Program-made: the position numbers and the translations under genes
Assembly (NCBI GenBank): GCA_003971905.1
Contig: RSEE01000079.1
Location: 1-64,000, forward strand
Source of the DNA: Moniliella sp. 'wahieum'
Lineage: Eukaryota
Length of the DNA stretch: 64,000 bases
Direction of reading: 5' to 3'
In this document: one piece after another, positions 54,659-64,000 of the stretch
How the letters are laid out: every line of letters begins with the position of its first letter
How positions within the stretch are numbered: the stretch's first letter is position 1
The notes under the pieces: generated by a model
The model's database searches: none
What the model was told of the DNA's origin: nothing
Seen by the model: only the letters and a program-made list of their open reading frames with translations

Positions 54659-55708
54659 ACTGGGAATTTGGTCCTTGACTTCTTTGAGTTTTTCTTTTCT
54701 TTTCGAGTTTTCTTTTCTCTTGTATGAAGCGTTGTGCGGCAGCTGTGGGCCCCTTTGTGCCTCTCCCTCGTCATTTCCTGCCGGGATAGAGTCGATAAAC
54801 AATGATTCGATTCGATTCGATTCGATCCTGCTCTTTTCTCTGTTCGTCCCACTGGGGATTAAATAGGAGCTCCGTTCGTGTGCGCGTACCATTTTCGGTC
54901 TCGCTTCTGTTCCTTTCCCGTTTCTTCCTTTTTTCCGTTCCGTTCTGTTATGTTCCCTCCCTCCTCCCTCTGTGAGCCCATGTATATATACGAACGCGGG
55001 TACACCTTTCCCTGGGGTCTGTTTTCAATGTCTCGGTTACCATCCGAGGCTTGGGGGGACGGGACAAGGGTCGGTGCGGGTGGTAGCGTAGACCTCGGAT
55101 GGTCGATGACGCTAATGACGATCTCAGTTTGAAGGGTCTTCGGATCGGTGCTTGATGTGCGAATGGGCTTTGTTCGCTTCACCGCCCTCACGATCACAAC
55201 CCACACACGTACCCATACCCACCTACCACTCTATACCTCAACATATATTTTCCCGACAATGGCTGCGTATTAGCCAGAGGACTTCAGCATTTAGGAGGCC
55301 CCAAGGAGTAAAGTGCAAGATTGTATGAGCCCTTTTCTTCTCAGCTTGTTGGCCGAAGGATTCAGTTGATCGTTGAAGGATGAACGATGAGCAGATAGGT
55401 ACTATATACAGTGTAAAAACGTGAGTTGGAGAAGGGGATTCGGACCCGATGGTCGGGATACCCCACGTTCACACCCAATCTGGGTGCAGGGAGAGCTCAA
55501 TCAGAGTGGCAGTCCACTTCGATATCGAGGCAGCGGCAACTCTACTGTGTGTATGGATGTAGTATAGTGACAATACTGCCCGTATATAAAAAAGTAGTGA
55601 CGGTTGTGTCTTGGGGTGGCGACAAGTCGCTTTGCACTGCCACCCCCGCTCCCGTATCGTTATACTCTCGCTTCTCGGCTTCCTTCCATCAGACCACTAC
55701 TCAAGTTC

Positions 55709-55828
55709 GTTCCTCGCTCGCATGTCGACCACGTGCATCCGTGTCCACACGCGCTTCCTCGTGGGTATGGAAACGGATGGCGCGCACCAGAGGGTCCTGA
55801 TCTCCGGGCCATTCCCCTGTGGTTCCTT
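55709..55828 (+). mobile_element. Diverged 3'-end fragment of the adjacent non-LTR element
   Basis: Aligns by eye to 57773-57887 (FLARMSTTCIRVHTRF versus FLARMSTTFIRVHTRF). Confidence 0.85.
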
Positions 55829-56099
55829 AAGCGGGACTAGAAGACCACCGGGCCTACGGCCCGGTCAGCTGGGGCTTCGACCCAGCTTGGTGCTTCGACC
55901 CAGCTTGGTGCTTGCTCGCCACCTTAGCCACCGTTCCCCGTCGCCCCCTTAGCCACCGTTCCGCCGCGGTCCACCGTTCCATCCCCGTCATAGCCACCAT
56001 TCCACGCTGGAGGAATTTTATCACCCATGTGCATGGCTGAGCGCGCCGGGGGTGGGGTGCGCATTCCGCCGGCCAACGTGCCAGGGGCAGGATGTGCCA

Positions 56100-58100
56100 G
56101 AATCTTTGCGCTTACGTCAAGTAAAAAGGGGTCTGCGTTATGTGCTCGACTTTACCAACGCCTTCAACCTTCAACCTTCAACACTGTGCGCCGTCGCACA
56201 CTCGCCAAGGCGCTCCATGCCTACGCCCCCATCTCCTCACATTGGGCCGATGGATCTATGGTTCCCCCACCCAGCTTTGGGTCGCGTCGGGCAGAAATGA
56301 GACCAGCGTCCTGTTGGCAGAGGGCGTACGGCAGGGCGACCCCCTCGCCCCCTTTTTCTTCTCCATCGCAGTGCGGCCCACGCTGGAGAAACTGGAAAAG
56401 GACCTGCCGCCGGGACACCTGGTGATGGCATACCTGAACGACATTACGATTTCGGTCCAGGGACAGGCATTACCGGCTTAGCCGCGGAGATTTTGGAAGA
56501 CGACGCGTCAGGCCTCAAGCTCAACCTGCGCAAGTGTGTCGAGCGGGACCGGGACCAGATTCGGGAGGATGGTCTGCAGGTTCTGGGCACCTGTGTGGGA
56601 GGGGTAGACTGTCGCCGATCGTGGCTCCGGGCCCAACTGGCCGGTCTGAGGGCGAACATGCCTAAGTTTGATGGCATCACCCGCCAGGGACGCCTCTTAC
56701 TATGGCGGCTCAGCACTCAGACCAAGCTGCGCCACCTGCTCCGCACCATGCAGATGGAAGGAGAGCTAGACGACGTGCTGGCTGAGATTGATGCCTTCAT
56801 CTGTACGGAGTTCAGACGGATCCGGGGCGACGAGGATCCCCAAGGTGCCAAGGACGACCACTTCGACATGCTCATGAGCCTGCCTCTCCGGATGGGAGGA
56901 TGTGGCAGCCCGCTTTACTCGTATATCGCGCCCCACGCCCGTGCCGCGGCCAACGAGGTCAACGACTATCTTATTACCACTTATGTTGACCGTTCGGGAC
57001 CGCAAACGGCAACGGCCAACGCATTTACGAAGCAACGCCAGCGCTGCCGCGAGATGTGGGAGCAAAGTCGACAGGAGCTGCTCCAGAAGCTGGACGCTGC
57101 CGATGGTCGCCATGTGGTTGAGCACAGCAACCCGCTGAGCCACAACTGGCTCTCCGCCATTCCGTCCGTCCCGTACCTCAAGCTCTCTGACCAGCAGGTC
57201 CAGGTTGGTCTCCAGCTCCGCACGCTGTGCCGCACCACGCGCAGCATATGCAACTGCGGTGTCATGTCCTCGCTGGAGCACATCATGTCTTGCACCCGCA
57301 CCCAGGCCAAGTTTAGTGCGTTGCATGAGGCAGTGCGGGAGCCCATTCTCCAGCTCATTCGCTCCATCCCCGACACTCACGTCCGCAACGAACCTATGGT
57401 GGAGGACGAGGATGGGACGAGGCGCGGACCGAGGGCCCAGCGCACCGACTACCGCGTGATGGGGCCTGGAGCACTGGGAGGATCAGGAATGGAGGTTGAC
57501 CACACGCTGCGCGACACGGGAACGCAAGAGGCGCAGAGCGCGTACCGGCGGGTGGTGCACGAGAGCACTGCGTCGCCTTTGGAACGCCGGGGAGAAGGAA
57601 CTGCTTCGGCTGCTTGAACAAGCAGAATGCGACAAGAACGCCAAGTACCAGGGACGCACTCAAGAGCCGTTTTCCCCCTGGTTTTGACGACGCGAGGATA
57701 CTACGGCACCAAGACGGCGGGCAAGTTGTTTGCGCATTGGAAGGAGTTGGCTACTAAGTCTCAGTGGAAATGGTTCCTCGCTCGGATGTCAACCACGTTC
57801 ATCCGTGTCCACACGCGCTTCATAGGGTACGGGACCGGATGGCGAGAACCGGAGGGTCCTGATATCCTGGCGATCCCCCTGGTTCCTCGACCTTAGTGGC
57901 GCTTCCAAGTAACCCCCCGCAAGATGAACGGTTCGGTTTAGACGTAGCGTTCCCCCTGTCCCAGCCTTAAGTTCTGTCAATGATATGGATTCAAAAGGGA
58001 AATTGGTGCTACCATGCAGCACACGCAAATAATGATGGGGCGGTTTATGCGTAGCGTTTCCCTGTCCCTGCCTTAAGCTCTGTCAATGATATATGGATGC
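56100..58100 (+). mobile_element. 5'-truncated non-LTR retrotransposon with RT and C-terminal REL endonuclease (CRE/Cnl1-like)
   Basis: LDFTNAFN-TVRR, GVRQGDPLAPFFF, AYLND (YLDD-like), GLKLNLRK, LPLRMGGCG, CxC...HxxxC...H knuckle, RTD...EVD...KNAKY endonuclease motif. The ORF ends at 57896. Confidence 0.88.
57934..58098 (+). repeat. ~57-bp imperfect direct repeat x2 in the element's 3' region
   Basis: 57934-57990 versus 58041-58098. Confidence 0.85.
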
Positions 58101-61100
58101 AATATAGAGCCGCAGTTGCGGTCTGCTGGAGCCAACTACCATTTGCGCGCGTGATCGGCTAGGACGAACGTAAACATAACTTTGTTACTCACTGGCCTCG
58201 ACGGACGAGAGAGAGAGAGGGTATATCACATTAAGAAAAAGCGAGAGAAAGCCAAGCAAGTGTTGTAGCTGGCTTGTCTCTTGCCTTTTTTCTTACATTT
58301 GTCGAGTTGACAGGAAAAACGGGTTGGATAACTTGGATGACTCTGTTTGTCGTTCGGATTCAGTTTGTGATCAAGCTTGCGACGTTTTCGATGCCGTGGA
58401 GGCTCGAAGGACTTGGTTGTCGTTCGTGGCGCCAAGTGAGGCGACGCTGGGTTTCTGCCCCAAACTCCACTGCGGACCATCGCGTCCGACACACCTTGGA
58501 TGCAACCAACCAACACACGCAGCATTTGCAATAGATCCTTTATGCCTTGTTGGGTGGCTTTTGAATCAAGTAGATCAAACGCGCCCTCCTTTGAGACCCA
58601 TCAGGATGGAATACAGAGGAAGAAGGTGCAGTAGGGACATCATTATAGACCTTCTGGAGCCGACTGTGCACTGTCCCTAACCAGGGCATCCCACTTATTT
58701 TGGGGTGCTACATGGCCCAAGAGGAGCAAGCACATGTCCCACAGTTGATGGTCCGAGTGCCCGCACCAGTAGGATAGCGTAAAAAGTCGACTTGGAGTGC
58801 ACGAAAGATGCGAAAGAGAAGCGTTTGAATTGTGAGCTCGACCGGGCGAGTGATCATTTCGATCCGCTGGAGAACATGACCCACGTCTTGTTCTTCACCG
58901 GGTAGCGGCGATATGGGACGTCGGGTGGGAGGAACGGTGTAGAAGTGATCGTTTTACCATCTTTGGGGGTCGAGGGTAAGCTGGGAGAGCAGCGTGATGG
59001 CGGTGGGGTGGGCACCATTAAGGTGAACGAAGTGGGGGCCGCCGATTCCAACGGACGTTTTTCACGCTCCTGAACAAGGCTGTTGGGGAGATTTGTGTTG
59101 TAGGGTGCATTTGTCGGCGTAGAGCGTTGCGATGTAGCACGCAGACCACACTCAGGACATGAGGATGGTGGAGGGCTGGATCTGGTAGGGAAGGAGCCGT
59201 GGCGGGAGCGGGGCATATGAGGAGGGATGTGAATGGACGATGAGGCGCTGATCACAGTGTAGCCCTTCGAGGAGTAGGTGCTGCGAAGCGAGGGACGTGA
59301 TGGCACCAGTGGGACAGAGGAGGCGATTGGAGAACGCGCGCCGGTGGAAGTGGAGGCAAATTTGTGTTCCAGGAAGGGGGGCGCGGCGGACGGGGGGGGG
59401 ATGCGCTTGAACTCGGTGGTGGAGGGCAGGACAGGTCGCAACAGCATCGCCAGCAAGGATGTAGTGGGTGGATCGGAGGGATGCCGCCAGAGAGGGGGGG
59501 TAGATCGTGGGAGGAGGGCGGATGCAGTGACTTTTAGTGGGGGAGGGGCACGTCTGAGGATTTGGCATGCCTGTCACCATGTCACGCCTGAGTCTCTGCG
59601 TTGTCACAGTGGTTCAAAAGTGGTATTTTTGTGTTGCTGCAGAGAACAGCCCAGTTTAATTGGACACTGCGCCACGCACTGCACCTGTCACGGATACCCC
59701 TAGGTTTTGCAAGCGTCGGCCGCGAGCCGACCGATGTCTCTGTCGGAACCACCGGCCCATTCCCGATTGCGCACCGATACTCACCTGTCACACATCGCCT
59801 CTCCGGTCCACCGCCTCAGCAGTTCAACGTTCGTTCGCTCCTAGCCAGCACCCGTCTATCTTGGGGGCGGTGTGCCGCCGGGACGGGGGGGGGGGGGGTC
59901 GTGCCTACCAAATTGTACACACCCGATCCGAACCGGCTTCCCAGGCGCTTCGGCCAGCAGGTGATAGATGATATTGATGATAACTCGATAACCGATGATT
60001 TTTTTGACGAAGACCCCATGACCGGTGACCTCACCGGTAAGAGGCGAGATCTGAGGAGCTGAGAGCGCTCAGCCTGAGTTCAGCGCCTGCCTGAGCTTGC
60101 AGGCGCTGAAAATCGAAGTCAGTACGCATACTTGTTCTATGCGCGCCCACAAGGGGTTGATGGAATGCACCCTGCCAACAAGTTCCAACAGGGGTTGGCG
60201 TTGCTGTTGGTACTGTTGAGTGTCTTGAAGCTTGAAGAGGCAAACTGAAGTGTGACCGATTGCTCATTGTGCGGGCCTGTGGGTTCTCTATCCCATTTCC
60301 GGCGGGCGGCTGACGCACTGACGTGCTACGTCATTATACGCGGTACGATGCCTCCCAGTCCTCGAAGCTATACGGAGTGGGCTCATTACTACTCCAAGAC
60401 CATCAACTGTCTGCTCTCTGGCCTTGTACGGAGTGGATGTCAGAATGATAAGAGATTTTCACAGACACTTCAAGCAAGCAAGCAAGACGATGGCATCTTT
60501 GCACATTACCACCGACTGATGCTATCCCAGCTTTTTCTCAGAACATGACGCGGACGTGCGCTTGCTCGAAGTCGGACAACTACGCGCCTCAGTATACAAC
60601 TTGCGTGTACCCGTGAAAGGCACCGTTGGCATCCGTGCTAGGACGGACCGCGCGGAGCCGAGTCCCGTGCGCGGAGCCGAGTCCCGTGAGTCAGTCTTTC
60701 TTTCCTTCCGAGCTCGCACAGCGCACCAGTCTTGTGGGCGCGATTCAGGCGCAGAAGCTTTCTAGTCGAATACGACCCCAGTGCTCAGCCTGAGCGCTCG
60801 CTCACATGCCACATCCAGTGGCAGTAGCGAGGCCGTCCGGCACTGACTGCCGCAACAGCTCCGGCGTTATACGACTGCCAAAAGGGACAAGGAGTGTCGC
60901 GATCATGTCATCGGATGTACGAGAACTGGTGCCACCTGGTGCCAGTCCTGCATATTACCTAATCCACGCCTTGCTTGGAGCGGCGGCCAACGTCCATTCT
61001 GTGTTGGTCGAGTGGGATCTGCGGGGCGCAGCTTATCCCTCCCGAGCCACCACTGCGCTGGGCTGCCGTCTCCTGCCCCTCGGCCTCACGCCTGCCATGG

Positions 61101-62473
61101 ACTCTGCTGCAACATCCGTTCCACTCTCGCCTCCCGATCTTCCCGTCACTGCGCCCACCTTACCCTTGCTTGACCCACCCAACGCACGCTCCCGCTTGTC
61201 TTCTCTACCGTACTAACCTCTCTACATTTTCTGAACTCGTACTTTCCCTTATTTCTCCCTTGCCGTGGGCACCACCCTGGCCCGGGAGGCGATTGCGCGA
61301 AATAAAGTGGGATCCCTCGATCCCGTGCTACGAGTGGAATCGAAGGAAACTCCGTTGGCTGGCACGCTCTGACAAAAGCGAATCCAGGCCGAGGCTAGCA
61401 GATTCAAAGTTGTCTTCTTTTCAAGGCGCACAGACAGAAGAAACAGACTTAAAGTCTACATGATGACAGCCTTTGTGGAGGGGGGCTGACCATGATCACC
61501 AAATGGATTGAGATTGTTGGGATTGGGAAGTGGAACGGAGGATAGGGATCCGATGGCAAGCGACGCTCACTCTGGTAGCTCAGGCCGGCGAGAGAAAAAT
61601 TGAAATCAGAGGATGAGAAGGCGGGGGGAGGGAGAAGAAGAGGAAACACACGATACGCGAATATGACTCGTAGGTATGGTGGGAAAGAGAACATTATCGC
61701 AGGCACTTCCAAAGACGTCGGGATGGCGGGGACGGTGTTGCGCCGTGAGCTTAACAGTAGTAACACTCTCGGATAACGTCGAGAGTATCAGACCAGACGA
61801 TAGTGAACGGTAACCGGTAACGAAGTATTGAGTGGAGCGAGCGAAGCATGGGGCGGTGGTGGCCACGACAAAGGAGGGAGAGAAAGCCAGGGAGGAGAGG
61901 CCGCACGCATGCGGGCTGCCCGCTGCGCCCCGTCAGTGCGCTGAAGCGGATTGTGTTGCCTGTGGGCAAGCTATCCATATCTACGTACGTCACGCGTCAC
62001 AACACGTGCCAATGTACTAGTGACGCGTGACCGCGTGACGCCCAAACCGCCATCAGTACTCAGTGCGCCAGCCATCGGCACATCGACACAGCAACGCTCT
62101 GTGCAACTACCATCTCTCGAACAGCTTCCTTGACGCAGGGCTTCGGGCGTAGCAATGAGCGCAAGGAAACCGGGTGTAACCTCTATGGGGACCTTCGTGT
62201 GGGAGATACGTGCCAAGCTAGTACGAGTCAAAGAGATCAAAATCAACGTGGGCAAGCAAGCGCAACCGCAAGAGCTTTCAGAATGACCGCATGCTGCTCT
62301 CTCCCTTTCGGTGCTGTCTATCATGACATCCGTCAGATAGCTTGCGGCGACAAAGCTGAAGGAAAGAACCCATCTGTCACCCGTCGTGCCACGAGGCCGC
62401 TCGACAGATGAAGAGACCCGGGATTGGAAGCGGGGATGGGAGATGCTGCAAGCGGGATGGGGTCATCATCAAT

Positions 62474-63446
<973 letters not shown>

Positions 63447-64000
63447 GATGACCGAGGGGGGTAAATGGAGGGGAGGGCGGGAGGCAGCGACGGAGAGAGA
63501 AGAGGCCGGAGCGGAGCAGAATGGAGAGCGGAGAAGGGGGCGCAGGCAGCGGGCCGGGCTGAATTGAAGGGGCGGCGCGACGCGTGGGGCGGAAGCAGGT
63601 GGTGGTGGGGGCGCGGCGCTGCTGCCTGCCTGGCGGACTGGCGTCTGCGAACCAATTGGGCTCTGGCCAGCCTGGGCGCCCAGGAGCGCACTGCGCTAGG
63701 GTTGGTCCAGCGCCGGACCACGCGGCACTGGCCTCCTGCCTTCCGGAGCCCCAGCAGCCCGCCTGTGTGCCCCGCCTCCTCTCCTCCTGTGCCTGGGCGC
63801 GCTGGCAGGCTCAACGTACACGTTCAACGTGCAATGTTCAATGTTCCATGTGCTGCAGTCGCCGAGGGAGCGCACGCAGGATGCCAGCGCTCACGCGCTC
63901 ACAGCGGATCCAGCCTTCAACCAGTTCACACCTCGAACAGATGGGCCGCACTTCATCTAGGAGACGACTGAGGCGATGACTGCAGCTATCCTAAATGATA

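Noticed and set aside
55830..58230. Telomeric repeat target flanking the REL element
   Set aside because: No tandem TTAGGG-like tract is visible on either side.
59885..59898. G/C homopolymers and G-rich tracts as functional G-quadruplexes (also ~4180-4400, ~36043-36061, ~63372-63384)
   Set aside because: Such tracts are common in GC-rich fungal DNA, their lengths are unreliable in this assembly, and there is no further support.

Overview
A GC-rich, intron-poor eukaryotic chromosome segment. It is fungal and most likely basidiomycete, possibly Ustilaginomycotina (inferred from short GT-AG introns with CTRAC branch points, a CalA-type lipase, and DUG2, Gti1/Pac2 and Zn2Cys6 genes). About 16 protein genes are recognisable: Ecl1-like, TTC1-like TPR, DUG2, class I/II aminotransferase, secreted LIP lipase, S53 sedolisin, HEM14, dienelactone hydrolase, DBF2/Sid2 kinase, Gti1/Pac2 (WOPR) TF, SPT3, CCDC25/Jlp2, HMT1, Mug190/tricalbin-like SMP-C2, a Zn2Cys6 TF and ARF1. 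Nearly all carry scattered 1-bp frameshifts, most simply explained as uncorrected long-read errors, so CDS spans are gene envelopes rather than clean ORFs. The window also holds two intron-containing tRNA-Gln(CTG) genes, an internally deleted PDH-phosphatase relic, a copia remnant and a 5'-truncated REL-endonuclease non-LTR retrotransposon. The most unusual signals are three. (1) A recurring intergenic 7-bp lattice, T[CG]A-(4-bp palindrome)-T[CG]A, in which the palindrome changes while the phase is kept. (2) An orphan, non-tRNA Pol III-type small RNA gene at ~33.15 kb. (3) A palindromic repeat/variable-spacer array at ~51.2 kb.
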